The notes under the pieces: model-generated
The model's database searches: none
The model's input: only the letters and a program-made list of their open reading frames with translations
What the model was told of the DNA's origin: nothing
Shown here: piece after piece, positions 39,958 through 52,314 of the stretch
Layout: the number at the start of each line of letters is the position of its first letter
Numbering within the stretch: position 1 is the first letter of the stretch
Program-made: the position numbers and the translations under genes
Assembly (NCBI RefSeq): GCF_055900595.2
Contig: NZ_CM148325.1
Reading direction: 5' to 3' (one strand)
DNA length: 64,000 nt

Positions 39958-40818
39958 ATGACTTCATCTCTGCCCTGTGGGCAAACGTCTTTATTGTTAC
40001 AGATGACCGAGCGCCTGGCGCTTTCCGACGCGCATTTTCGGCGGATAAGTCAATTGATCTATCAACGAGCCGGGATCGTTCTGGCTGACCATAAACGCGA
40101 CATGGTTTACAACCGACTGGTTCGTCGTTTGCGTTCGCTGGGACTGACGGATTTCGGTCATTATCTGAACTTGCTGGAATCTAATCAGCACAGCGGTGAG
40201 TGGCAGGCGTTTATCAATTCGCTGACCACGAATCTGACGGCATTTTTCCGTGAGGCACACCATTTCCCTCTGCTCGCGGATCACGCACGTCGCCGTTCTG
40301 GCGAGTATCGCGTATGGAGCGCGGCGGCTTCGACCGGCGAAGAGCCGTACAGCATTGCGATGACGCTGGCTGACACATTGGGCACCGCGCCCGGACGCTG
40401 GAAAGTGTTTGCCAGTGATATCGACACCAAAGTGCTGGAAAAAGCCAGAAGCGGTATTTATCGCCATGAAGAGTTGAAAAACCTGACGCCGCAGCAACTG
40501 CAACGGTATTTCATGCGAGGGACGGGACCGCATGAAGGGCTGGTACGCGTGCGTCAGGAGCTGGCGAACTATGTTGATTTTGCCCCGCTGAATCTACTGG
40601 CGAAACAGTACACCGTGCCGGGGCCGTTTGATGCGATCTTCTGTCGTAACGTCATGATCTACTTCGATCAAAATACCCAGCAGGAGATTTTGCGCCGCTT
40701 TGTTCCGCTCCTTAAACCCGACGGATTGCTGTTTGCGGGTCACTCTGAAAACTTTAGCCACCTTGAGCGCCGCTTCACGCTGCGTGGTCAGACGGTGTAT
40801 GCGCTAAGTAAGGATTAA
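39958..40818 (+). CDS. cheR: Chemotaxis methyltransferase CheR
   Basis: Track ORF 286 aa; matches K-12 CheR. Confidence 0.95.
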
Positions 40819-40820
40819 CG

Positions 40821-42274
<1,454 letters not shown>

Positions 42275-42284
42275 GGATGCGACT

Positions 42285-42929
42285 ATGATGCAACCATCAA
42301 TCAAACCTGCTGACGAGCATTCAGCTGGCGATATCATTGCGCGCATCGGCAGCCTGACGCGTATGCTGCGCGACAGTTTGCGGGAACTGGGGCTGGATCA
42401 GGCCATTGCCGAAGCGGCGGAAGCCATCCCCGATGCGCGCGATCGTTTGTACTATGTTGTGCAGATGACCGCCCAGGCTGCGGAGCGGGCGCTGAACAGT
42501 GTTGAGGCGTCACAACCGCATCAGGATCAAATGGAGAAATCAGCAAAAGCGTTAACCCAACGTTGGGATGACTGGTTTGCCGATCCGATTGACCTTGCCG
42601 ACGCCCGTGAACTGGTAACAGATACACGACAATTTCTGGCAGATGTACCCGCGCATACCAGCTTTACTAACGCGCAACTGCTGGAAATCATGATGGCGCA
42701 GGATTTTCAGGATCTCACCGGGCAGGTCATTAAGCGGATGATGGATGTCATTCAGGAGATCGAACGCCAGTTGCTGATGGTGCTGTTGGAAAACATCCCG
42801 GAACAGGAGTCGCGTCCAAAACGTGAAAACCAGAGTTTGCTTAATGGACCTCAGGTCGATACCAGCAAAGCCGGTGTGGTAGCCAGTCAGGATCAGGTGG
42901 ACGATTTGTTGGATAGTCTTGGATTTTGA
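42285..42929 (+). CDS. cheZ: CheY-P phosphatase CheZ
   Basis: Track ORF 42255..42929 trimmed to ATG 42285 ([12 protein letters not shown]...); matches K-12 CheZ (214 aa). Confidence 0.95.
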
Positions 42930-42937
42930 TTTGTATT

Positions 42938-43001
42938 GCCTGATGTGGCGTGACCACGTCATATCAGGCGGTCTGATAAGGCGATGACGCCGCATCCGAC
43001 A
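42938..43001. repeat. BIME: two inverted REP elements between cheZ and flhB
   Basis: GCCTGATGTGGCGTGACCACGTCATATCAGGC (42938-42969) and GGTCTGATAAGGCGATGACGCCGCATCCGACA (42970-43001) resemble Z- and Y-type REP palindromes. Confidence 0.7.
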
Positions 43002-43130
43002 AACGCACACTATGCTTGATGTGTGGCAGCAAAAGCCCTAAATCCCGCCTGTTTTGCCCCTTACTCAAACCATTGAACGCTTTGCGCTCTGGCATCATTC
43101 ACGCTTAATACTCTTTCCAGGATTGGCGAC

Positions 43131-44279
43131 GTGTCTGACGAGAGCGACGACAAAACAGAAGCCCCCACACCTCACCGACTAGAAAAAGCGCGGGAAGAGG
43201 GGCAAATCCCGCGTTCCCGTGAACTGACCTCACTGCTGATTTTGCTGGTGGGCGTTAGTGTTATCTGGTTTGGCGGTGTGTCGCTGGCCCGTCGATTGTC
43301 GGGCATGCTCTCCGCTGGGCTGCATTTTGATCACAGTATTATCAAAGACCCGAATCTGATCCTCGGGCAGATTATTCTGCTGATCAGAGAAGCCATGCTG
43401 GCGCTGCTGCCACTGATTAGCGGCGTGGTACTGGTGGCGCTCATTTCTCCGGTCATGCTGGGAGGGCTGGTATTTAGCGGCAAATCCTTGCAGCCGAAGT
43501 TTTCCAAACTCAACCCGCTACCGGGCATTAAACGGATGTTCTCGGCTCAGACTGGCGCGGAGTTGCTTAAAGCAATTTTGAAAACCATCCTGGTTGGCAG
43601 CGTGACGGGGTTTTTTCTCTGGCATCACTGGCCGCAGATGATGCGCTTAATGGCCGAGTCTCCGATTACCGCCATGGGTAATGCGATGGATTTGGTAGGG
43701 CTATGCGCACTGCTGGTGGTGCTTGGTGTCATTCCAATGGTGGGATTTGACGTCTTTTTCCAAATCTTCAGCCACCTGAAAAAGCTGCGAATGTCGCGGC
43801 AGGATATTCGTGATGAGTTCAAACAAAGCGAAGGCGACCCCCATGTTAAAGGACGGATCCGTCAGATGCAGCGAGCTGCCGCACGGCGTCGGATGATGGC
43901 CGATGTGCCGAAAGCGGATGTCATTGTCAATAACCCGACCCACTATTCGGTAGCGTTGCAGTATGACGAAAACAAAATGAGCGCACCGAAAGTGGTCGCT
44001 AAAGGTGCAGGGCTGGTCGCGCTGCGCATTCGTGAAATTGGCGCTGAAAATAACGTCCCGACGCTTGAAGCGCCGCCGCTGGCGCGAGCGCTGTATCGAC
44101 ATGCGGAGATTGGTCAACAAATCCCGGGTCAACTGTACGCCGCGGTGGCGGAAGTGCTGGCCTGGGTCTGGCAACTGAAACGCTGGCGTCTGGCTGGTGG
44201 ACAGCGCCCTGTACAACCTACTCATCTTCCGGTGCCGGAAGCCCTGGATTTTATTAACGAGAAACCGACCCATGAGTAA
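43131..44279 (+). CDS. flhB: Flagellar type III export protein FlhB
   Basis: Track ORF 382 aa, GTG start; NPTH autocleavage motif; matches K-12 FlhB. Confidence 0.95.
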   Translation: MSDESDDKTEAPTPHRLEKAREEGQIPRSRELTSLLILLVGVSVIWFGGVSLARRLSGMLSAGLHFDHSIIKDPNLILGQIILLIREAMLALLPLISGVVLVALISPVMLGGLVFSGKSLQPKFSKLNPLPGIKRMFSAQTGAELLKAILKTILVGSVTGFFLWHHWPQMMRLMAESPITAMGNAMDLVGLCALLVVLGVIPMVGFDVFFQIFSHLKKLRMSRQDIRDEFKQSEGDPHVKGRIRQMQRAAARRRMMADVPKADVIVNNPTHYSVALQYDENKMSAPKVVAKGAGLVALRIREIGAENNVPTLEAPPLARALYRHAEIGQQIPGQLYAAVAEVLAWVWQLKRWRLAGGQRPVQPTHLPVPEALDFINEKPTHE

Positions 44280-46350
44280 TCTGGCCGCGATGCTGCGCCT
44301 GCCCGCAAACCTGAAATCGACACAATGGCAGATCCTTGCCGGACCGATTTTGATCCTGTTGATCTTGTCGATGATGGTGCTGCCACTGCCCGCATTCATA
44401 CTCGACCTGTTGTTTACCTTCAATATTGCCTTGTCGATCATGGTGTTGCTGGTGGCGATGTTTACCCAGCGCACGCTTGAGTTTGCTGCGTTTCCGACCA
44501 TTCTGTTGTTTACCACGCTGTTGCGTCTGGCACTTAACGTGGCTTCAACCCGTATCATTTTAATGGAAGGGCATACCGGCGCGGCGGCGGCAGGGAAGGT
44601 GGTCGAAGCGTTCGGTCACTTCCTCGTTGGTGGCAATTTCGCTATCGGTATCGTGGTGTTTGTCATTCTCGTGATCATCAACTTTATGGTCATTACCAAA
44701 GGTGCCGGGCGTATCGCAGAAGTGGGTGCGCGCTTTGTTCTCGATGGTATGCCGGGTAAGCAGATGGCGATTGACGCCGACCTTAACGCCGGATTGATTG
44801 GTGAAGATGAGGCGAAAAAACGCCGCTCCGAAGTGACTCAGGAAGCCGATTTTTACGGCTCAATGGACGGGGCAAGTAAGTTTGTTCGCGGCGATGCCAT
44901 CGCCGGGATCCTCATCATGGTCATTAACGTTGTCGGCGGGTTGCTGGTCGGCGTGCTGCAACATGGCATGAGCATGGGACACGCGGCGGAAAGTTATACG
45001 CTATTGACCATTGGCGACGGTCTGGTGGCACAAATTCCGGCGCTGGTGATTTCTACCGCCGCGGGGGTCATCGTTACGCGTGTCAGCACCGATCAGGATG
45101 TTGGCGAGCAGATGGTGAATCAGCTTTTCAGTAACCCAAGCGTTATGTTGTTAAGCGCCGCCGTGCTCGGTTTACTCGGCCTGGTGCCTGGAATGCCGAA
45201 CCTGGTATTTTTGCTGTTCACTGCCGGATTGCTCGGGCTGGCCTGGTGGATACGCGGACGCGAACAAAAAGCGCCTGCCGAACCCAAACCGGTAAAAATG
45301 GCAGAGAATAATACCGTTGTCGAAGCGACGTGGAACGATGTACAACTGGAAGATTCTCTGGGAATGGAAGTGGGTTATCGACTGATCCCGATGGTCGATT
45401 TCCAGCAGGATGGTGAGTTGTTGGGCCGTATACGCAGTATCCGCAAGAAATTTGCCCAGGAGATGGGATTTCTGCCGCCAGTGGTGCACATTCGCGACAA
45501 TATGGATCTGCAACCTGCCCGCTATCGCATTTTGATGAAAGGCGTGGAGATTGGCAGTGGTGATGCTTATCCGGGGCGCTGGCTGGCGATTAACCCTGGA
45601 ACCGCTGCCGGGACGTTACCTGGTGAGGCGACCGTCGATCCGGCATTTGGCCTGAATGCTATCTGGATTGAAAGTGCGCTAAAAGAACAGGCGCAGATTC
45701 AGGGGTACACAGTGGTTGAGGCCAGCACGGTGGTAGCAACGCATCTTAACCACCTCATTAGCCAGCATGCCGCAGAGCTGTTTGGTCGTCAGGAGGCGCA
45801 ACAGCTGTTGGATCGCGTCGCCCAGGAGATGCCAAAGCTGACGGAAGATCTCGTTCCTGGCGTCGTCACGCTCACCACACTGCATAAAGTGCTGCAAAAT
45901 CTCCTCGATGAAAAAGTACCGATTCGCGATATGCGCACCATTCTCGAAACGCTGGCGGAACATGCGCCCATCCAAAGCGATCCACATGAATTAACCGCCG
46001 TCGTGCGCGTGGCGTTGGGACGGGCGATTACCCAGCAGTGGTTTCCTGGCAAAGATGAAGTCCATGTTATTGGCCTCGATACACCGCTGGAACGTTTGTT
46101 ACTACAGGCGCTGCAGGGCGGGGGAGGACTGGAGCCAGGGCTGGCGGATCGTTTACTGGCGCAAACTCAGGAAGCGCTATCCCGTCAGGAGATGCTGGGT
46201 GCGCCGCCAGTATTGTTGGTGAACCACGCGCTGCGACCATTATTGTCTCGCTTCCTGCGCCGCAGCTTGCCGCAGTTAGTGGTCCTGTCGAATCTGGAAC
46301 TGTCTGATAACCGACATATCCGCATGACGGCGATAATTGGCGGCAAATAA
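44272..46350 (+). CDS. flhA: Flagellar type III export gate protein FlhA
   Basis: Track ORF 44197..46350 trimmed to ATG 44272 (MSNLAAMLRLPANLK...); overlaps flhB stop by 8 nt; matches K-12 FlhA (692 aa). Confidence 0.95.
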   Translation: MSNLAAMLRLPANLKSTQWQILAGPILILLILSMMVLPLPAFILDLLFTFNIALSIMVLLVAMFTQRTLEFAAFPTILLFTTLLRLALNVASTRIILMEGHTGAAAAGKVVEAFGHFLVGGNFAIGIVVFVILVIINFMVITKGAGRIAEVGARFVLDGMPGKQMAIDADLNAGLIGEDEAKKRRSEVTQEADFYGSMDGASKFVRGDAIAGILIMVINVVGGLLVGVLQHGMSMGHAAESYTLLTIGDGLVAQIPALVISTAAGVIVTRVSTDQDVGEQMVNQLFSNPSVMLLSAAVLGLLGLVPGMPNLVFLLFTAGLLGLAWWIRGREQKAPAEPKPVKMAENNTVVEATWNDVQLEDSLGMEVGYRLIPMVDFQQDGELLGRIRSIRKKFAQEMGFLPPVVHIRDNMDLQPARYRILMKGVEIGSGDAYPGRWLAINPGTAAGTLPGEATVDPAFGLNAIWIESALKEQAQIQGYTVVEASTVVATHLNHLISQHAAELFGRQEAQQLLDRVAQEMPKLTEDLVPGVVTLTTLHKVLQNLLDEKVPIRDMRTILETLAEHAPIQSDPHELTAVVRVALGRAITQQWFPGKDEVHVIGLDTPLERLLLQALQGGGGLEPGLADRLLAQTQEALSRQEMLGAPPVLLVNHALRPLLSRFLRRSLPQLVVLSNLELSDNRHIRMTAIIGGK

Positions 46351-46742
46351 TGAGAACCTTATTAGCAATATTATTGTTTCCGCTGCTGGTGCAAGCCGCC
46401 GGGGAGGGGATGTGGCAGGCAAGTAGTGTAGGAATTACGCTAAATCATCGCGGTGAGTCGATGTCGTCTGCGCCTCTTTCTACGCGACAACCTGCTTCAG
46501 GATTGATGACGCTGGTAGCGTGGCGTTATCAGCTTATCGGCCCGACACCTTCAGGACTGCGGGTTCGCTTGTGTTCGCAATCTCGTTGTGTCGAATTAGA
46601 GGGGCAGAGCGGAACCACCGTGGCCTTTTCCGGTATAGCGGCAGCAGAACCGTTGCGCTTTATCTGGGAAGTGCCTGGCGGTGGGCGGTTAATTCCGCCG
46701 CTGAAAGTACAACGTAATGAAGTGATTGTGAATTATCGCTGA
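46350..46742 (+). CDS. flhE: Flagellar protein FlhE
   Basis: Track ORF 130 aa with signal peptide; ATG overlaps flhA stop by 1 nt. Confidence 0.9.
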   Translation: MRTLLAILLFPLLVQAAGEGMWQASSVGITLNHRGESMSSAPLSTRQPASGLMTLVAWRYQLIGPTPSGLRVRLCSQSRCVELEGQSGTTVAFSGIAAAEPLRFIWEVPGGGRLIPPLKVQRNEVIVNYR

Positions 46743-46801
46743 AGGACAAAAAAATTACGCGCTCGCGAGTATGTTTAATAACTCAGTGAAAAAGGCTCGA
46801 T

Positions 46802-46843
46802 GTTTTGTTGCAATTATTTATCAGGAATAGCTTGCAACAAAAC
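46802..46843. terminator. Long hairpin between convergent flhE and yecT
   Basis: Perfect 12-bp inverted repeat GTTTTGTTGCAA / TTGCAACAAAAC around an 18-nt loop. Confidence 0.55.
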
Positions 46844-46861
46844 ATGCCAAAAATATGTGAA

Positions 46862-47371
46862 TTATCCTCTTGTCAAAGGGCTTGGATAAAAATCTTCAGA
46901 GTTACGGTATAGCTGCAACTGGCGAGTTCGCGTATTGGTCTGTATGATCATACATGAGAGCCATTCTGATTCAGAATAAGGGTCACTTAAATCCTGAACG
47001 TCCTCATTTGAAAGGATTAATTCACATTCTTTGTCCCTAAAATCCAGCCAGGCTCGCTGTGATTTTTTAAGCAAGTTAAGTTGTTCGGTATCAGGTTTTT
47101 TTACACCTGTGCGTGGCACTTGTTCTATATAACGATAAGCTTCACCATAGGCTTTATTTAATTGCGCATCGACGAGATTGTATTCTTGTCGCAGGCATGA
47201 TTTGATCACGTTAATGTCACTATCATCATCTGAATTTTTTTGCCAACAATCTTTGATGGCTGAAATGTCATGGTCGTTTACTATAAGCGTATCTTCTGCG
47301 TAAACCTGGCAAGAGATAATGCCTAATGTTAATACAAGAAATTTAAACACTGCGGTATTCCTTAAATTCAA
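46862..47371 (-). CDS. yecT: Secreted DUF1311/LprI-like protein YecT
   Basis: Track ORF 169 aa; N-terminal signal peptide; position between flhE and argS as in K-12; gene name from synteny. Confidence 0.75.
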   Translation of the reverse strand: MNLRNTAVFKFLVLTLGIISCQVYAEDTLIVNDHDISAIKDCWQKNSDDDSDINVIKSCLRQEYNLVDAQLNKAYGEAYRYIEQVPRTGVKKPDTEQLNLLKKSQRAWLDFRDKECELILSNEDVQDLSDPYSESEWLSCMIIQTNTRTRQLQLYRNSEDFYPSPLTRG

Positions 47372-47472
47372 CCGTTATCGTTTCCCTGGGGCCGGATATT
47401 ACGCTTCTGACTTCTTACCCAACAGTGAGAAAACGATGGCATGTCCATTTTCAGAATACATTTAGATGGCAA

Positions 47473-47506
47473 TAAAAAAGCCTGATCAGGTAACCCTGAT
47501 CAGGCT
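47473..47506 (-). terminator. Rho-independent terminator of argS
   Basis: AGCCTGATCAGG-TAAC-CCTGATCAGGCT hairpin; plus-strand A-run 47474-47479 gives the U-tract on the minus strand. Confidence 0.85.
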
Positions 47507-47526
47507 TCACTCTCACGAAAAATCGA

Positions 47527-49260
47527 TTACATACGCTCTACAGTCTCAATACCCAGCGTATCCAGACCCAGCTTCAGCGTCTTCGCCGTCAGTTGTGCCA
47601 GTTTCAGACGGCTGTTACGCACTTCTTCGTTTTCTGCGCTGAGGATCGGGCAGTGCTCGTAGAAGCCAGAGAACAGACCGGCCAGATCGTACAGGTAAGC
47701 ACACATCACATGCGGCGTACCTTCACGGGCAACCACGGTGAGGGTTTCTTCAAACTGCAGCAGGCGAGCTGCCAGTTGCGCTTCACGATCTTCACGGATG
47801 ATTACCGGAGCTGCAGCCAGTTGCTCTTCGTCAATTTCTGCTTTACGGAACACGGACAATACACGCGTGTATGCATACTGCATGTATGGCGCGGTATTAC
47901 CCTCAAACGCCAGCATGTTGTCCCAGTCGAAGATGTAGTCCGTGGTGCGGTTTTTGGAGAGATCCGCATATTTCACCGCACCAATACCAACCGCGTTAGC
48001 CAGTTTTTCCAGCTCGTCGGCTGGCATATCCGGGTTCTTTTCTGCCACCAGACGGCGTGCACGTTCCAGGGCTTCATCCAGCAGATCGGCCAGTTTCACT
48101 GTACCACCCGCGCGGGTTTTGAACGGTTTGCCGTCTTTACCCAGCATCATGCCGAACATGTGGTGTTCCAGCGGTACGGATTCCGGTACATAGCCTGCTT
48201 TACGGACGATCGCCCATGCCTGCATCAGGTGTTGATGCTGACGGGAGTCGATGTAATACAGCACGCGATCGGCATGCAGTGTTTCATAACGATATTTCGC
48301 ACAGGCGATATCAGTGGTGGTGTAGAGATAGCCGCCATCTTTCTTCTGAATGATCACGCCCATCGGTTCGCCTTCCTTGTTTTTAAACTCATCAAGGAAT
48401 ACAACGGTCGCCCCTTCGCTTTCTACTGCCAGACCTTTGGCTTTGAGATCCGCCACAATTCCTGGCAGCATTGGGTTGTAGAGGCTTTCGCCCATCACGT
48501 CATCACGGGTCAGCGTCACGTTGAGACGATCGTAAGTGATCTGGTTCTGCGTCATGGTGATGTCGACCAGTTTGCGCCACATCTCGCGGAAATATTCGTC
48601 ACCGCTTTGCAGTTTTACCACGTAGTTACGTGCACGCTCGGCAAACTCTTCATCTTCGTCGTAATGCTTTTTCGCATCGCGGTAGAAACCTTCAAGGTCA
48701 GCCAGCTCCATTTCACCGGCGTTTTCCTGCTGCTGCTTTTCCAGCCATGCAATCAGCATACCGAACTGAGTGCCCCAGTCGCCGACGTGGTTTGCGCGAA
48801 TCACTTTGTGACCGAGGAACTCCAGAGTACGCACTGCTGCGTCACCAATAATGGTAGAGCGCAGGTGACCGACGTGCATCTCTTTCGCCACGTTTGGCGC
48901 AGAGTAGTCAACCACAATGGTCTGTTTTTCTGGCGTAGCAACACCGAGACGATCGGACGCCAGCGCCTGCTGAACATGTTCAGCCAGGAATGCCGGATCA
49001 AGGAAAATGTTGATAAAGCCTGGACCGGCGATCTCAACTTTGCTGGCGATACCGTTAAGATCCAGATGAGTCAGCACCTGCTCTGCTAATTGTCGCGGTG
49101 CCATACCCAGTTTTTTAGCAACTGCCATCATGCCGTTAGCCTGATAGTCGCCGAACTGAACTTTTGCTGACTGACGAACCTGCGGTTCGCAATCCGCAGG
49201 CGCGCCTGCCGCAATCATGGCCTGACGGACTTTTTCTGAGAGAAGAGCCTGAATATTCAC
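47527..49260 (-). CDS. argS: Arginine--tRNA ligase ArgS
   Basis: Track ORF 577 aa; class I HVGH motif (MHVGHLRST); matches K-12 ArgS. Confidence 0.96.
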   Translation of the reverse strand: MNIQALLSEKVRQAMIAAGAPADCEPQVRQSAKVQFGDYQANGMMAVAKKLGMAPRQLAEQVLTHLDLNGIASKVEIAGPGFINIFLDPAFLAEHVQQALASDRLGVATPEKQTIVVDYSAPNVAKEMHVGHLRSTIIGDAAVRTLEFLGHKVIRANHVGDWGTQFGMLIAWLEKQQQENAGEMELADLEGFYRDAKKHYDEDEEFAERARNYVVKLQSGDEYFREMWRKLVDITMTQNQITYDRLNVTLTRDDVMGESLYNPMLPGIVADLKAKGLAVESEGATVVFLDEFKNKEGEPMGVIIQKKDGGYLYTTTDIACAKYRYETLHADRVLYYIDSRQHQHLMQAWAIVRKAGYVPESVPLEHHMFGMMLGKDGKPFKTRAGGTVKLADLLDEALERARRLVAEKNPDMPADELEKLANAVGIGAVKYADLSKNRTTDYIFDWDNMLAFEGNTAPYMQYAYTRVLSVFRKAEIDEEQLAAAPVIIREDREAQLAARLLQFEETLTVVAREGTPHVMCAYLYDLAGLFSGFYEHCPILSAENEEVRNSRLKLAQLTAKTLKLGLDTLGIETVERM

Positions 49261-49475
49261 CGGAATACCTTACATTGATGAAGCGAGCAAAAATTGCCCG
49301 CACCAGTTAAAGAAATTAGGGCGGGAGTATACTGCAAATGGCTGTTTTCGTCAGCAACGTGCGCGTGGCGTATTGCCGTTTTCACTATTGCATCAGAAGC
49401 GGCGTGAAATCAGCGGTTGGTTGGCACAGGGCAACAGGGTAAATTAACGCTTTTACTGAAAGACGAAGAGTGATT

Positions 49476-50042
49476 ATGGCGAACTGGCAATCTATCGACG
49501 AGCTGCAGGATATTGCATCGGATTTACCGCGATTTACCCACGCATTAGATGAACTTTCCCGCTGTCTGGGGTTGAATATCACTCCGCTGACTGCCGATCA
49601 CATTTCTTTGCGTTGCCATCAAAACGCCACTGCTGAACGCTGGCGTCGCGGGTTTGAACAGTGTGGCGAGCTTTTGTCAGAAAATATGATCAATGGCAGA
49701 CCGATTTGTCTGTTTAAATTGCATGAACCGGTACAGGTTGCGCACTGGCAGTTTTCTATTGTGGAGCTACCGTGGCCCGGGGAAAAACGTTACCCACACG
49801 AAGGTTGGGAACATATTGAAATCGTTCTGCCGGGTGATCCAGAAACGCTGAATGCCCGTGCGCTGGCATTGCTTTCTGATGAAGGACTCAGCCTACCGGG
49901 GATCTCAGTGAAAACCAGTTCGCCAAAAGGTGAGCATGAGCGATTACCGAATCCGACGCTGGCGGTCACCGATGGCAAAACAACTATTAAGTTTCATCCG
50001 TGGTCCATTGAAGAGATCGTTGCCAGCGAGCAGTCGGCGTAA
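49476..50042 (+). CDS. yecM: Uncharacterised protein YecM
   Basis: Track ORF 49470..50042 trimmed to ATG 49476 (MANWQSIDEL...); matches K-12 YecM as recalled. Confidence 0.88.
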   Translation: MANWQSIDELQDIASDLPRFTHALDELSRCLGLNITPLTADHISLRCHQNATAERWRRGFEQCGELLSENMINGRPICLFKLHEPVQVAHWQFSIVELPWPGEKRYPHEGWEHIEIVLPGDPETLNARALALLSDEGLSLPGISVKTSSPKGEHERLPNPTLAVTDGKTTIKFHPWSIEEIVASEQSA

Positions 50043-50046
50043 TTAA

Positions 50047-50802
<756 letters not shown>

Positions 50803-50847
50803 TTTTTACCGTTGCATCATGTCGCCCAATATGATGCTTGCTCGTAC

Positions 50848-50881
50848 CAGGCCCCTGCAATTTCAACAGGGGCCTTTTTTT
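50848..50881 (+). terminator. Rho-independent terminator of yecM-cutC
   Basis: AGGCCCCTG...CAGGGGCCT hairpin followed by TTTTTTT. Confidence 0.85.
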
Positions 50882-51189
50882 ATCCCTGAGCAGTATAAAA
50901 AACGAACGATAACCGTGATCTGTTGAGCGGGTGACAGTGCGCATAGCGTTGTGCTAAAAATATTTTTTATATTCACATTGATTATGGGATTTAAATTGCT
51001 AAAACTGATAAATATATATTCTAAATAGCAACTGGGTTATTCCTTAGCAATTAATGATTACATTGTAATAAATCATATTCTTTATCGATTATTTCAGGCA
51101 GTGTTGTGCCGAGTTATGCAAGCGGTTAATTCGTTGTGTATTTAATTATACAATGATTTCGGTGTTCTGGAATTTATTTAGAGGAATCT

Positions 51190-52290
51190 ATGCGAGGGAA
51201 AAAACGCATTGGGTTATTGTTTTTGCTGATAGCGGTTGTGGTTGGTGGCGGCGGGTTATTGCTGGCGCAAAAAGCCTTACATAAAACGTCGGATACAGCA
51301 TTTTGCCTTTCCTGCCACTCGATGAGTAAACCTTTTGAGGAATATCAGGGAACTGTCCACTTTTCGAACCAGAAAGGGATACGTGCGGAATGTGCCGATT
51401 GCCATATTCCAAAGTCAGGGATGGATTATTTATTTGCTAAATTAAAAGCTTCCAAAGATATTTATCATGAATTTGTTAGCGGCAAAATAGACAGTGACGA
51501 TAAGTTCGAAACTCATCGCCAGGAAATGGCCGAAACAGTATGGAAAGAATTAAAAGCAACTGACTCTGCAACGTGCCGTAGTTGCCATTCTTTTGATGCC
51601 ATGGATATTGCCTCGCAAAGTGAATCTGCGCAGAAAATGCATAACAAAGCACAAAAGGGCGGCGAAACCTGTATCGATTGTCATAAAGGCATTGCCCATT
51701 TTCCGCCAGAAATAAAAATGGATGACAACGCGGCGCATGAGCTGGAAAGTCAGACCGCTACTTCAGTGACTAATGGCGCACATATTTATCCTTTCAAAAC
51801 TTCTCGCATAGGCGAGCTGGCTACCGTGAATCCTGGTACCGATCTCACCGTCGTTGATGCCAGTGGCAAACAGCCGATCGTTCTGTTGCAGGGTTATCAA
51901 ATGCAGGGCAGTGAAAACACGCTCTACCTGGCGGCAGGTCAACGGCTGGCGCTAGCCACATTAAGTGAAGAAGGTATCAAGGCGCTCACGGTAAACGGGG
52001 AATGGCAGGCTGACGAATACGGCAATCAATGGCGTCAGGCGTCTTTACAGGGTGCGCTTACCGATCCCGCATTAGCGGACCGTAAACCGCTATGGCAATA
52101 CGCTGAAAAACTTGACGATACCTATTGCGCTGGTTGTCATGCCCCTATTGCCGCCGACCATTACACCGTCAATGCGTGGCCGTCCATTGCCAAAGGAATG
52201 GGGGCACGAACCAGCATGAGCGAAAACGAACTGGACATTTTAACGCGGTATTTCCAGTACAACGCCAAAGATATTACCGAGAAACAGTGA
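51190..52290 (+). CDS. torY: Membrane-anchored pentahaem c-type cytochrome TorY (NapC/NirT family)
   Basis: Track ORF 366 aa; multiple CxxCH haem motifs; matches K-12 TorY. Confidence 0.93.
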   Translation: MRGKKRIGLLFLLIAVVVGGGGLLLAQKALHKTSDTAFCLSCHSMSKPFEEYQGTVHFSNQKGIRAECADCHIPKSGMDYLFAKLKASKDIYHEFVSGKIDSDDKFETHRQEMAETVWKELKATDSATCRSCHSFDAMDIASQSESAQKMHNKAQKGGETCIDCHKGIAHFPPEIKMDDNAAHELESQTATSVTNGAHIYPFKTSRIGELATVNPGTDLTVVDASGKQPIVLLQGYQMQGSENTLYLAAGQRLALATLSEEGIKALTVNGEWQADEYGNQWRQASLQGALTDPALADRKPLWQYAEKLDDTYCAGCHAPIAADHYTVNAWPSIAKGMGARTSMSENELDILTRYFQYNAKDITEKQ

Positions 52291-52314
52291 TCCTCGTTGA
52301 TCAGGGAGGAAGTT

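Noticed and set aside
43701-44558. 285-aa ORF on the minus strand
   Set aside because: Antisense to flhB/flhA; shadow ORF.
47593-49089. 498-aa ORF on the plus strand
   Set aside because: Entirely antisense to argS, which matches a known protein full-length; a shadow ORF with no independent start signals.
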